Assembly: GCF_006345805.1 (NCBI RefSeq)
Contig: NC_042999.1
Span: 46,748,001 to 46,812,000 of the forward strand
Source: Octopus sinensis
Lineage: Eukaryota
Length of the DNA: 64,000 nt
Direction: 5' to 3'
The stretch's first letter is position 1. Each line of letters opens with the position of its first letter. A program made the position numbers and the translations under genes. The notes beneath the pieces were generated by a model, which did not search any database, had not been told where the DNA came from, and worked only from the letters and a program-made list of their open reading frames with translations. Positions 25,876 through 39,250 of this stretch are shown piece after piece.

Positions 25876-27276
25876 CATGCATACATACATACATACCAAT
25901 TTACATATATATGTATATCTATATTAGCATGATAGGGTGCGCTTCAAAATATGCATATATATAAGTATGCATATACCTACGATGGTATATGTAAAGATAT
26001 ATATATATCTATCTATATATGTGTGTTTATGAATGTATGTGTGTGTGTAATAAATATATACAGGGTGCGGTGAATATATTGTCTAAATCAAAGGTTCTCA
26101 ACCCATTTTGGCCAATGGCACCAATTTAACACTTGGAGTGACAAATCCCTAGAAAATATTTGTGTTTGTCAATATACCACTTATTTTGATAGCAGCAGAT
26201 AGTGATTAAAAAGAAAGGACGTCGTGAGTACAGATGTACAAATCGAAATGCAAAAAAGACAAAACGAAAAAAATGAAATGAAAGTTTGGTAATTGCGTTT
26301 ATTTCCACCACGCAACACTTATGAGGTCAACACGTTTTCTATTGAAAGACCGCTCTCTGGTACAATTAAATGCCGATGGAATTATTTCAAGCCCTTCCGA
26401 TTTCCCTAATCAAAACACCTAGAACTTTTGCAACAATTTGACATGTAAGTTATTGTCACCCGGGAAGAGGATTTTTATGCTCAAGAATAAGAGTGTATTT
26501 CATAGAGATTCTTGAAATACATGTGTGCTTCACATAAGTAGCAAATTGTGCAGGATGGTATTCACTGTACTTGGATCAAGTTAGGTTGAGTCACAAAATC
26601 TGCCCACTTTTAAAATGACGTAAAAGATATCTGAAAATTTGTCATATTAAACATCCATTTCTTATGCAAGATCTAGTTTGTTTCGTTCACAAAATCTGCC
26701 CTTTTTTTTAAAAAGAAGTAAACAAAAAATCTGAAAATTGGTGCAGTTTTCCACGCTTACTCATATGAAGCCATGTACTCGTGGAGAAAAAAATTGACAG
26801 ACACATTTTTTCTTTTAATTGTGGTTTCAGAATACGGGCTGTCCGAATCTGCCATTCGTTTCTCTTTATAATTTCCAAATATTTTTTAAATACTTCAAAA
26901 TCAAAAATGCGTTAATATGCGTGTCACAAACAGTATTAAAAAATTCAGGAAATACATTTTTTGGAGATCACTTATTATTCTAGTATCTTCTGAAACTTAT
27001 ACATATACATGTATAAATGCATTCAGAAGCATACAAATATTCACATAAAAGCATAGAATTTTACAGATTTAGTCTTATATACATCCTTGTATATAAAGAA
27101 ATCTTTCGGCATATCTACACAGCTGTGCCCCAAATATTTGCTTCTTCAAAACCACCTCGAGAAAATTAAGTATTTCTTTTCCACAAATATGCTTCAGATC
27201 ATGAAATTCACGATTAAATTGGAAATCATTGTAAAATGGCGATAACTTACCCATCGCAGACATTTTATATATATAT

Positions 27277-28158
27277 ATAACTAGCTTATGGTGATCCACT
27301 GTACGCGCGGGTAAGAGTGTGGCTGTTACTTTCTGCGACTTCCTTTCTGTTGTTTATCACCACATTCTCCCTCTTTGTTTCTCTCTCCTTTCTCTCTCAC
27401 TTTCGCACTCATTTACTCTTCCTTTCTCTCGGACTCTTCCTCCCTTTCTCTTACTCTCTATCTTTTCCTACGTATCTCTCTCCCATTTATAAACAACAAA
27501 AGATCTTGAGTAAGTTGAGAAAGTAAATATTTTGAAAGATCAATCATAAATATCAGGCAGTGACAACAGAAAGGTCTGCTTCAAGGCAGACAGCAAAACA
27601 CTAACATTTAAAAGGGACAGACGAACTTGCGAGCTGAATACAAATAAAAAATAAATATTGGAAACCAAAGTTTGAAGGGATAGAATCTGAGAATAGTAGG
27701 CTCACAATGGCTGGCATTTCTTAACGACAGACAGCAACATAGTGGCAGTTTAACGGCTGGCGTACAATTTTGAACTTGACGTAAAAGAAAATTCCTAAAC
27801 ACTAAGCTTTGAAGTGATTCTTTCTCACGACGTAGACTCACCATGGCAAGCATTCAAAACTTCATCATGGACGGCAACACATTGATGATTTAAAGGCTAG
27901 CACAAATTATTTAGCTTGCTGTAACAGAGAATTCCTAAACACTCTCTCCTGTAAATTTTAATCCACTTCCAGCCCCATTTGATCCCTTTTCACATTTTGG
28001 TTAATATAACCCGATTTCATTCGGGTCTACTCGGGCCACATTTTATCAGATGAGGAATTTTGTCCTAGAGGTCACGCCTTTCATTTGAGGAAAAAAAGTA
28101 ATTGCCATGCAACCTCGCCAGCATATTTTCAGCTCAACCGACCACATAATGCACACAT

Positions 28159-28194
<36 letters not shown>

Positions 28195-28234
28195 ATATAT
28201 ACGCATTAAATATATATATATATGTACATATATA

Positions 28235-28272
<38 letters not shown>

Positions 28273-28880
28273 TATATATATGTGTGTGTGTGTGTACGCA
28301 TATATATACAAATGTATACAAATTATATATATATATATATATAAATATAGATATACACACTTTGTATATATATACATTATAAATACATATTTATATATTG
28401 ATACAGACACACATACACATATATAAATTAACCCAATAAATATCTGATTCATAATATTTGTTCTCATGATTGCGTGGTGGTTGTGGCGATAATAAAACTC
28501 TCTATGAATGCAGACAGGCGTACAGAGAGAGGGTAGAGAGAGGGAGGCGGTGAGGGAAAGAGTGACAGCGCTGGCGAAGGCGGCGGGGAAAGATAGCAGT
28601 ATCTGTCAACGTCCTTATAGAGAGAAAGTGATGGGAAGGGAGGAAACAGAGAGAGACAGAGGAAGACATGAAGATAAGAGAATGAGAGGAGACTTGTCAA
28701 AGTGTGCGTTTTTTGCTCTAGTAGCTACACCTTTTAAGATAGGGATTTCTAAGCTAGCCCACTGACATCCTCACCTCATTTTACATGTTCCTGTAAAATT
28801 TGGAGTCAATCCGACGGGATCTAGTGGCCTTTAAACCGTTCCAATGCCCAAACCAGACAAACAAACGTTTCGCATTTCAG
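27277..28880 (+). mobile_element. HINE/DINE-1-like (Helentron-associated) non-autonomous element, microsatellite-expanded
   Basis: Starts ATAACTAGC..GATCCACTGTACGCGCGGGT after (TA)n. Ends AAATTTGGAGTCAATCCG..CAGACAAACAAAC..AGAT. Both resemble the termini typical of this group. Confidence 0.4.
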
Positions 28881-28935
28881 ATAAGATAAAAAATCAAGGC
28901 AGTATAGATATTAGAGCATATATAGATAGAAAAAA

Positions 28936-28989
28936 GGTCTTACAGCTGTTTCTAGGATATTAATTAATAATATCCCTTCATCGGAGACC
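28936..28989 (-). ncRNA. Minimal type I hammerhead ribozyme motif (U4C variant)
   Basis: GGUCU-CCGAUGA-AG-GGAUAUUA-uuaau-UAAUAUCC-UA-GAAA-CAGCUG-UA/AGACC. 5-bp stem I, 8-bp stem II core, palindromic ACAGCUGU stem III. Confidence 0.75.
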
Positions 28990-29319
28990 GTGTGAGAGGA
29001 CAATTAAGTCATAGTTAGATTAACTCGTAGTTTAGATGATACAAAATAGAGAGTGAGGAGGAGGAAAGAAAATAGATGTAAGATACGTTTGGGTATTGAA
29101 GTTGTAAATCCGTTTTATAGGCATAATGGTATATATGCAATATTCCAATATCTTTTGAGTAAAATCCAAAAGTCCAACATAGTTTAATATTAGTCTTTCC
29201 AAGTATAGAGTTTATAAGCAATGTAAGATTCCTTTATGAGTGAGATCCCGCAGGTTTTTAAATTTGGTCATTCCCAGTAGGGAATTTATTTACATTGTTG
29301 CAGAGTCACAGGTTTGTAT

Positions 29320-29536
29320 TAATATGTGACAATTATTCGGTTGCCATAATAAAACTCCAAGTTTCCGATGTCGGGGAGGAGATCTGCTCCCACAGTTCGT
29401 CAGTTATTAAGACAATCAAAACACGCATTGTTTTTTTTTATTTTCTTGATAATTGACGAGATGCCAGAGCAGATTTCCACCCCGACATCCGAAACTCGGA
29501 GAGTTATTATGGCAACCGAATAATTGTCACATATTA
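29320..29536. repeat. ~215-bp imperfect palindrome (foldback/MITE-like)
   Basis: TAATATGTGACAATTATTCGGTTGCCATAATAA..GATCTGCTC pairs with GAGCAGAT..TTATTATGGCAACCGAATAATTGTCACATATTA. The inner TCGTCAGTTATTAAGA:TCTTGATAATTGACGA also pairs. Confidence 0.85.
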
Positions 29537-29639
29537 TATTACAGATAAATTCCTCTATTTACATAATATCGATGTCGCATTAATTCTTTTGTTATCATAT
29601 CATTACTATTAATATATATAATATATATTACCGTGCAAC

Positions 29640-30010
29640 ATCTATATCCCCCCTGTACCATTCAAATCTTATATCCCTGCCGTAAAGTTTTACTTCCACA
29701 CACGCCAGCTTAATTTAATTCGTCCTTAGTCGAAAGAAACCCGTTGTTAATGTCTCGTTCTCTGTTTTTGTGTAACATTGTTCCTTTTTTTCGTCCTTGT
29801 TTTCGCATACATTCGCTGCTTTCTTCTAAGGAATCTAGTGCTCTTAGCTGGGTTTTTTGGGGCCGGCTAGATTGGAGCAGTCTCGAGTGTAACGGACCGC
29901 AACTGCAACGATGATCTGGAACTCGAGTGAGGAAAGAAAACTCGAATGACCCGTTCTTGTTTTCTTTGTATCGTCTGTCTGGATGTTCTGCGTTCTTGTC
30001 CCATTTTTGT
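29640..30010 (+). repeat. Dispersed repeat family (possibly Penelope-derived); other copies 33670-33850 and 55945-56222
   Basis: Shared blocks CACGCCAGCTTAATT.AATTCGTCCTTAGTCGAAAGA and CGTCCTTGTTTT..ATACATTCG.TGC..AAGGAATC..GATTGGAGCA..GATGATCTGG. Confidence 0.6.
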
Positions 30011-30568
30011 ATTTTATATATTGTTGTGAGTTCAGCTTGAGGACAGAGCCGGCGACCTACATTTGGAATATACCCATTGTCCTGTCAGATTCAGGTGGAT
30101 TGATCGGTTCTGCGACCCCTTTCGGGTGAATTAGAGGTCGTTCTAAACACCCTTTGAAGAAGAGGAAGGAAAGTAGTGAGAGAGATAGAGTATAAGGCTA
30201 AGGGACAGATGTGAGGAAGAATTAGCAGTGAGAGAGGATGAAGGGGCAGAGAAGGACAGGCAGAGAGTATGGTAGAGCTGTCATAAGAGGGTGATGGGCA
30301 GCAGGCGATATAGATAGGCAGTAGGGGAGCAGGGCAGTTAGAGAGGAAGTGAGGTCTTGGCAGTTGGGAGTCGGTCGTCGAAGTGGACAGTCGGATTCTG
30401 GAGGTCGGCAAGGAGCGGTGGAATTTTAGGAGCAAGTTGGGATGCGAGAAAGCTTGGCGGCACAGAAGGGAATATGTACAGAGGAATTAGCGGTACGGAG
30501 AGACGAGTGCAGAATGGGACACTGGCGATTCAGTTAGGAATTAAGGTATGTGATTGTGTATTGATACG

Positions 30569-31112
30569 TGTTACGATGTAAAAGAAAAGAAGAGAAAGAA
30601 GAGAGAAAAAGAAGGACTCTGTCGATGTAGTCGATAAAGAACATTGTGAATTGAGTAAAGGACTTCTTGATGTGACGTTATCTGTGATTTGGAAAAAGAA
30701 CTGTGTCTTCGGACGTGTACCTTTGAAATACTGTATATGACTTGTTGTGTCTCCGGACTGATATATTGTTACTTGCATGTTTGAATTGCTGTTGTTAAAT
30801 GTTATGATCTGTGGTATACCCGTATGATGTATTGATTTGTTGTTTGCCTTAAATGCTTTGATGTTGTAACCATTGATTGTCATATAAACTAGTTGTTGAA
30901 AATAAGCCAGTGTTGCCAGTTGTTGCCTTGCCTCTTTTGGTGTCTCCCTCGGTTGTGCCGGTGTGCCTCCGTATCTCTGTGCTGCTGCGGTTGTTGTTGT
31001 TGTGTCTCTCCTCTCCTCTCTCTCTCCGAGTTTCCATAGCTTATTCGCTGATCGAATCGGGCCTGTCTGAGGGATTCCGTACAGTTTTCGGATGCTCCCC
31101 ACCTTCGTAACA
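30569..31112. mobile_element. Probable solo LTR (544 bp)
   Basis: Perfect 8-bp inverted termini TGTTACGA...TCGTAACA (TG..CA). No PBS or PPT beside it; TSD not discernible because the right flank is (TA)n. Confidence 0.55.
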
Positions 31113-31164
31113 ATATATATAGATACACACACACACACACATACACACACACACACACACACAC

Positions 31165-31219
<55 letters not shown>

Positions 31220-31268
31220 TATATATATATATATATATATATATAATGTATGTATATATGTGTGTGTG

Positions 31269-31312
<44 letters not shown>

Positions 31313-31319
31313 GTGTGTG

Positions 31320-31350
<31 letters not shown>

Positions 31351-31469
31351 TTATATATTTACGTATAAATATATATATATATATAGAGAGAGAGATAGAT
31401 AGATAGATAAATATGAATACAGATACCCAGTATATACATATATATATATAATATATATATATATATATA

Positions 31470-31505
<36 letters not shown>

Positions 31506-31569
31506 TTGTTTGTGTGTCTGTGTGGCTGTATGTATGTATGTATGTATGTATCTATCTATCTATCTATTG

Positions 31570-31850
31570 CAACATAATTTCTTTTCCTCAACAGACCCTG
31601 CCCTATTCAACATTGTTCCGAAAGAGATCAAAGAAGAAAAGGATCCCATCAACTTTAAACGGAGTCTGGATAGATTCCTTCAAAGAATACCAGATAAGCC
31701 ACCCATAATTGGATACAACTCACCCAACAAAAACTCACTACTTGAATGGACCATAAACAAAACTTGACTTAAACAGGATTCGAATAACCCTATCAGGTGG
31801 TGCTATTAAGTTAGACATGGCCTGGACCAATCTTTGGTTGAAACATATCT
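31570..31850 (+). mobile_element. 3' end of a CR1/L2-group LINE
   Basis: PALFNIVPKEIK..NFKRSLDRFLQRIPDKP..NSLLEW, then a short 3' UTR ending in TAAGTTATC repeats. Confidence 0.75.
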
Positions 31851-32762
31851 AAGTTATCTAAGTTATATAAGTTATATATATATATATATATATATATATA
31901 ATGAGAAGGAAAGTGTCTATTGCTGAACTGATACACACATACTTTTATTTACATATATTACGAGTGTCAATCTATTAAGAATTTTCTATATCTTATTGCA
32001 CCGCAGTATATACGCTTTCATATATGTATTCATGCATATATACACATATATTCTTAAGATCCAGACTTACAGCAATTGATGACCAGAGAAGAAAGCTACA
32101 ATGATTGAATATCAAGTTATGTATGAATCTATGTAAGTATCACATCTTCAGAAGACAAATAATTATACGAATGGTATGATAAGACACAACTATTTATTTA
32201 TAAGACTTTCTGTGTTGAAGGAGGCTGTCTGATGTGGTAACGGAAAGCAGAGGGATATGTAGTTACGAAAGTTTATATTCCAGTCAGTTTAGTAAAGAAC
32301 TGTAATATGTCACAGAAAAACTTCCGCGGCTAACACAGATTGTCAGTGACAAACAGATAGATTAAATTGCCGTTTTGTATAAACGTCTGAATGCAGTTTG
32401 GGAATAGATTAAGAGATATAAATCTTATTAGAAATACAATTACGAATAATGTCTCAGATACATAGGATCAAAAGCTAACGTTAATTTGAAGAAGTATGTA
32501 ACACTATGTAGAGATATTTCATCTGCAAGATAGGCATAAATATCTGCACATAGACACTCGCACTGTATATACATACATAACACATACCCGCCCATACACA
32601 CACAAACACATACATACGATTGATTTCTTGTGTAAGCGTATATATAGCTATATATATACTTGCAGAAATGTTTGAGGTTGTTTGAATATAGAGTATTTCA
32701 TCTATATTTTGGAAGAGGATTGGCTCGATGTAGCTTTTCACTTCTGGTATGATTCTACACAA

Positions 32763-33020
<258 letters not shown>

Positions 33021-33260
33021 TCTGTCTTTGTGTCTGTCTGTTTGTGTGCCTGTCTGTGTGTCTCTCTGCCTGTCTGCCTAGCTGTCTGTCTTACATACAG
33101 ATGACCAAAAGTGTACGTACGCCGCTATAAGCATATATAAAAATCAAAAAAGGGAACAAGTACGTAACAGTCAACAACATATCCCTCTCCTTGTTAGGTT
33201 CTTCCATTTTTTTTATATACATATAGTGGCGTGCGCACACTTTTGGTCTCCTGTATGTAA

Positions 33261-33303
<43 letters not shown>

Positions 33304-33861
33304 ATATTACATATATATATGTATTTGTGTGTGTGTGTGTGTAAGTATATATATATATACATAAGTTCTCTAGGAATCTTACTCTTTCTTTTAGCCCCAC
33401 TTCACACTTTCTTCGTTCTTTCCACTTTTCTCGCTCTCCCTCTTTCACATTTCTTGGCCTTCCCTTCATTCTCATCACTTTCCCTCCTCTTTTATCTCCC
33501 TTGTACCTCACTGCCCGTTTCCTGTCTTTCTCTCTCTTTCTCGTCCCTCCCCAATTCTTCAACCCACCTACACCTACCTCTCTCCTCCCCTTCCACGTGA
33601 CTGGTTCCGCCAGTCTGACCTTTATCTCTTGGTTGGACTAAGATACTGTGTAGCATCTCTTACATTCCTTCCCATGACATTCATCCCTCATGTTCCTGCC
33701 GTAAGGCTTCACTTCAAACACGCCAGCTTAATTGAATTCGTCCTTAGTCGAAAGACACCTGTTGTTCAACATATCCTATTGTTTGTATTTCTAATTGTGT
33801 ACAATTTCTCCGTATTTTTCGTCCTTGTTTTCATATACATTCGCTACGTACGTATATACAC

Positions 33862-34680
33862 ACGTACAGAGAAGACCTAGATGGAAAGCACTCAGCATAC
33901 AAAAACATCTATGCATGAGTATGTAGCCCCGAATGCTTGAAGAAAACAATAGAATTACGCGAAGCGCAGCCTCTCTTGGACACAAGTCCACTGCATCACC
34001 TCACACATTGAGTACTATGCGTTTGCAATACAGGTGCAGGAGATTTACACAAAGTACCTGGTGAGCAAGAGTTGCAGTGACACTCTTGTAATCCCAAGGT
34101 GCAACCGCATATGTAGGCTGTGTCATGTTTCTGTGGAAGGCATCACGCATGTGATTAGCAGATGTCCTGAAATGTCGTCAGGGTACTACCTCCTTATGCG
34201 GCACGATGTTGTTGCTACAGCAATTTGCAGTACCGTCCACAAAAAAAAATTTTTCTGAAATAAACTTTAAACTTAGAAAATCCCTCTGTTATGGAATACA
34301 TTCATAAACACCAACTCAAAGAATACCAGTGGAATATTCTCATCAAAACTTCTGTCAGATGTAAACATAACAGGCCGGATATTGTTGTTTGTGACAACAG
34401 AGGGGCAAAGGTATGTTTCATCATAGAGGGCAGCTGCCATGCAGATATAAATATCTCTTTGAAAATCAAAGAAAAAGAGGATATCTATAGACAACTGCTT
34501 CGAAACCACCAGCTTCTATATCCAGACTATGAATCCATATTCATACCAATAATAATTGGAGCACTAGGTTTCGTTAGTAAATGCTTCAAAGAGAATCTGA
34601 ATAAACTGGGATTTTCAGAAAGAGAAATCAACCGGCTAATTCATACATTACAGGTGTCAACTAAATTCCAAAGATAGAGT
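33862..34680 (+). mobile_element. RLE-type non-LTR retrotransposon 3' remnant (R4-like or related clade)
   Basis: SHIEYYAFAIQVQEIYTKYL, CRLCHVSVEGITHVISRC (CX2CX8HX4C), CKHNRPDIVV..FIIEGSC..KIKEKEDIY, FIPIIIGALG, spread over frameshifted ORFs. Confidence 0.85.
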
Positions 34681-36380
34681 CTTGTATCTTTTTTGGAAAC
34701 TGGATGCCTCTTCAGTGGAAGATTTATAATAATCAAAAAATAGAAGATACATATATATGTTTATATATATGTGTGTGTGTGTGAGATTGGGCCTGCCTGT
34801 ATGTGTGCGTTTGTGTGTGTAAGTCATGTACTAATGAATATTTATATCCACTGTGAGAACAGCCTCCATCGATAAAGACTGACTACATCGGTTGATAGTT
34901 TAATCGATGTCATTTTGTTTATGTCTTCAATTTCGCTCTAATGTTAAACTTGTGGAAAGCATAACTGTCGAAAGTGTTTCATAATGTTAAAAATGTCAAT
35001 TATGTCTCTGATTTTGTTCCTCACATAAGCTTATAAGCATAACGGTCGGCCTCATATTGTGACAAGGAGAATAATCTTATACCTCAATACGACATGGGTT
35101 GATGACGCTTTATTGAAAGTTGAAACTATATGGCTTCAGTGTACGCGTTAAATCGTTACCACGCTGTATAGGTTCTATATATATTTACACCTGTATTAAC
35201 GATGTAAATTTCATTAGTCTTGTCATAATCCAGTTTATAGTTTATATATTTATTTCAGTAGAGCTTAACCTGGAAAGCACATGAGAAAAGATAAGCGATC
35301 CCTCATGATACTTTAATGTTACAGGAAATTAATAGTTTTGGCCATAATTTCAGTTGCTCAAAGCTCTGTAATTGATCCTCAAGATCCATGTTCACAGAGT
35401 GTTGGAACATATGTTTATTAAGCACATCGTATATGACTTCTGTACACTTTAAGTTAGTATATACAGATTATTATGCAATAAAACTAACTCGACGTAGTTA
35501 ACAACACTTAAGTTACGTCTTAATGATGCTAATATCGTTTCACCTTGTTTATTCTGACGAAGTAGTAAGAAACCTTGGAATGAAATGCCAACCAATTCAA
35601 AATAAATATTCTTCCAAATTAATGCCTGTTTTCTTTGAAACCGTGAATAATCTTTTAGAGACGTATACCAAATTAAAACCCAATATATAACGATTAATGA
35701 AGCCAATATTCATACATTTTGAAATGATTCCAATGATAAGCACTCTCAAATACACGCACACTTACACACAGCCACGCACATACATACACGCACACATACC
35801 AGTCTATTATATAGAATTCTGTATTAGTTGGGTGTCGATTTAAGTTCTTTGTATTCACGGTTTACTTTAATTAACTACCAACACAAGTGGAGTGGATTTA
35901 CAGAAACCGGCGATTGGTGCGCAAATGTAAATGAAGTATTCAGTTAAACGTATTTACCTTGTGAGATCCAACACTGCTGAGTCGAGTTTTCCTTTCGGCC
36001 TTCTGGAGTTGATAAAATGAAGTAACACTTAACTATTCTACACTTCTACATAAGTGTCAGTATTGTCTCAGTATTAGAAATCAAATCACTGCTAACATGA
36101 AAACACTTGATGTAAGAAAACTACTTGTAAATCACTAAGGGCCAACAAAGTGCCCTGTACGTCGTCACTCTACTTGATAAAGATAATGTCGAATCTTCCT
36201 CTGTTTACACCGTTCAGTCGTAAAAAGAGAAACATTATATGATATAGTTAAACGCATATGACTATATCATATATGACATAGTAATATGCGTTTAAACGAT
36301 GCCAGCATAACATAGATGATAATAGGTCAGAACAATCTGGGTTGATATAAAATTAAACAGAAATCATTTAAGTAATTTAA

Positions 36381-36480
36381 GGCGGTGAGCTGGCAGAAAC
36401 GTTAGCACGCCGGGCGAAATGCTTAGCAGTATTACGTCTGCCGTTAAGTTCTGAGTTCAAATTCCGCCGAGGTCGACTTG
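36381..36480 (+). mobile_element. SINE family B head (3'-truncated), abutting the transposase remnant
   Basis: GGCGGTGAGCTGGCAGAAACGTTAGCACGCCGGGCGAAATG..GAGGTCGACTT. Confidence 0.85.
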
Positions 36481-37190
36481 ACAATGTAAAAGAGCTTCTT
36501 GAGAAACTAAGCTAATTTTAATAGGATGTTTGTGTTGACTTTAAAATACCTGCCTTCTTACTTGAATTTCAAGTTGGGGAGACTAAGTAGTCATGTCTTT
36601 TTTTGCCTATGGGACAGTAGGGCTGATCATGTACATTACCAGAAGGTAAAGCTGAATGTTATAAGATAACCCTTTGTAGAGCCTACAAATGTGTTGTTAC
36701 GTCCACTTCACATGAAGCTGGGTTTGGTCAAACAGATTGTAAACCCTTTAGATCGTCCTGGGGAAGCATTTTAAAAGGTTGCTATACTCTTTCCAAAGAT
36801 ATCCGAGGCAAAAGTTAAGGGCAGTATATTTACTAGACCACAAGAAAGGAAAATGCTGAGGTCAGTAAAACTTACAAAATGTCATGAGTGAGCAAGAAAG
36901 AGAGGCATTCGTGTATTTCGAAATGCCAATAGATTCCTTGGTAATAACAAAGACCCAAACTACGAGCAGGACGTAGCAAAACTTATTTATAGTTATAAGA
37001 ATTTAGACTGTGGAGTGTCATTAAAGGTACACTTTTTGCATTCGCATTTTGATCTTTTTCGTGAAAGCTTAGGTCAAGTGAGTGAGAAACATGGTGAGAG
37101 TTTCCATCAAGATATTGCTGCAACGGAGAAAAGATACTAAGGAATGATGAAGGACTATATATGGGTATTGCTGCGTACAGATGTTGGAGG
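36480..37190 (+). mobile_element. Decayed DNA transposase, Chapaev-like (CMC) by motif
   Basis: My translation: CLWDSRADHVHY, LLRPLHMKLGLVKQIV, FPKISEAKVKGSIF, FLGNNKDPNY..SLKVHFLHSHFDLFRESLGQVSEKHGESFHQDIAATEKRY. Many stops and frameshifts. Confidence 0.75.
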
Positions 37191-37870
37191 TGACAGTAGG
37201 AGAGCACGATCTTCAGTGCATTTCCAGTAAAATCTTATAATCTTCTTGTAGTTATGCTTACACTTCTCATTTGTTTAAAAATAAATATTAGGACAGAATC
37301 ATTTTAGTTCCTATTAATGTAGAATGTGACTAAGATGAATAAAGTACAATCGCTGCTAAATTCTGTTCCCATTCTTTAGAAAACCTCAATTATCCCCTAA
37401 GATATCGACGTTTTGCAATTTTGAAGGGTAGTCTTGTAGTCAGTAGAAAACATTTCCATAGAAACACAAAAAACATATTAGAAAAATAAAACATTTGTTA
37501 GACACTGTTATCAGTTACCTGAAGTAATATTACATATTTTTGACCAGGTTCCACGTTCTGTGCGGCAGAGGTTATATTCCATAGAATCGACTTCAGTATA
37601 TCATATATACATACATACATAATACATACATAGATACATACATACATACATACATACATCATATATACATACATACATATATACATACATCATATATACA
37701 TACATACATATATACATACATACATACATAGATACATACATACATAGATACATACATACATAGACACACGCACACACTCACGCACAGTCACAGACACACA
37801 TAATATATATGTAAACGTATGTATATATATATATATATGTATGTCTATATATATATATAATATATATATA

Positions 37871-37937
<67 letters not shown>

Positions 37938-38825
37938 ATGTGTGTGTGTGTGCATGAATGTATAGAGACACACACAGACACATATATATATATAAGATAA
38001 TCACGGGAAAATATTTAATAAAAGCATCCTAATATGTTACTGGTATTGATATTTCCCATGCTAATTAAAAGCAATATTGCGCTCAAAGTGCCAAAGGGGA
38101 GATTTGAACATAAAGAGATTAAATTGAATACTCTAAGTGACTTGACGTGCCTTTCAATATTACATACCTGACAAAGCTCTTAACCCAAAACACTGGAAGT
38201 TATATACGCATGTTGCTCTCTGTCTATCAATCTTCGTCTCTCTTCCCCATTCTCTTTTTACCTTCTTTTGCTCATAAACTCCTACTCATTAAACTTGTGT
38301 GATTATGTGCTTGTGTGTGCGCGCATGTGCCTGTGCGGGAATATATGGGTCTGTGTAGGTGCTTAGATTAGTCTTTAGATTATAGTCTGCATAAAGGTGT
38401 GTATATCCTACCTATTAATAAGAAATGATGTGACCTTTATACTTTATCTCCATCTCAATGTGTGTGCGTATATATATATATATATATATATTCATTCTTG
38501 GTGGTATGTTGTATATGTGTGCACCTTGAGATTCTTTGTTGTTGGTATTTATATTAAAAAATTGTTCAAAGTAAATATTAATATTTAAAATTCTCCTTTG
38601 ATATTTGTTAAGTTTTGATCAAATATACCAAAGTATTCGGCATAGGTTAAGTGTAAGACATACCGTATAGATCGTAAAGACGTGTTTGTAAACACATTTA
38701 TTTTCAACTCTGGAAAATTGATAAACGATTATTTGAATGATTCTTCATAACGAAGCTATACTGCCCCATATTATTGATGTAAAGACTTAGTATAACATGA
38801 TCTTATAAGTGTTTTTAATATAGAT

Positions 38826-39250
38826 TTCAAATTTTGGCAAAAGGCCAGCAATTGCGGAGGTGGGGTTAAGTTACTTACATTGAATTTATTGCGTAGCTGC
38901 TTCTTATTTTATCGATACCGAGGGATGAATGGCAAAGTCGACCTCAGCAGAATTTGAACTCGGACAACTTAAGACGAGCGAAATGATGTTAAACATTTCA
39001 CCTGTTTAACAGCATTTAATAGTATAACGAGGTAGCGAGTAGACAGAATCGTTAGCATGATGGGCAAAATGATTAGCGTCATTTCATCCGCCCTTACTTT
39101 CTGAGTTCAAATTCCGCCGAGGCCGACTTTGCCTTTCATTCTTTTTTTAATCAATAAAATTAGGGACCAGTTGAGCACTGAGGATGATGTAATCGACTTC
39201 TCCCCTCTTTCGAAACTGCTGGTTTTTTGCCAAAATTTGAATCCAATATT
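38826..39250. mobile_element. Two family B SINEs in inverted (divergent) orientation: 38826-39000 minus, 39030-39250 plus
   Basis: Both carry the GAGTTCAAATT..GTCGACTTTGCC..TCATCC block and the TGCTGG..TTGCCAAAATTT tail. Confidence 0.75.

Noticed and set aside
26058-26460. TA-CAGGGTG (Tc1-like) and GGTTCTCAACC (hAT-like) termini
   Set aside because: No matching opposite TIR found; only fragments.
26591-26745. Short direct repeat with a ~96-bp period; also a 15-bp duplication at ~51805-51838
   Set aside because: Ordinary small duplications with no further structure.
33696-33765. Hammerhead-like skeleton CTGCCGTA-AGGCT..AGTC-GAAA (also 29677-29746)
   Set aside because: The core lacks the conserved A6/G8/A9 pattern, and the stems are inconsistent between the two copies.
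35556-35590. CTGACGA..GAAA motif (also CTGAGGA at ~56089)
   Set aside because: No stem II or stem I pairing and no valid cleavage triplet context.
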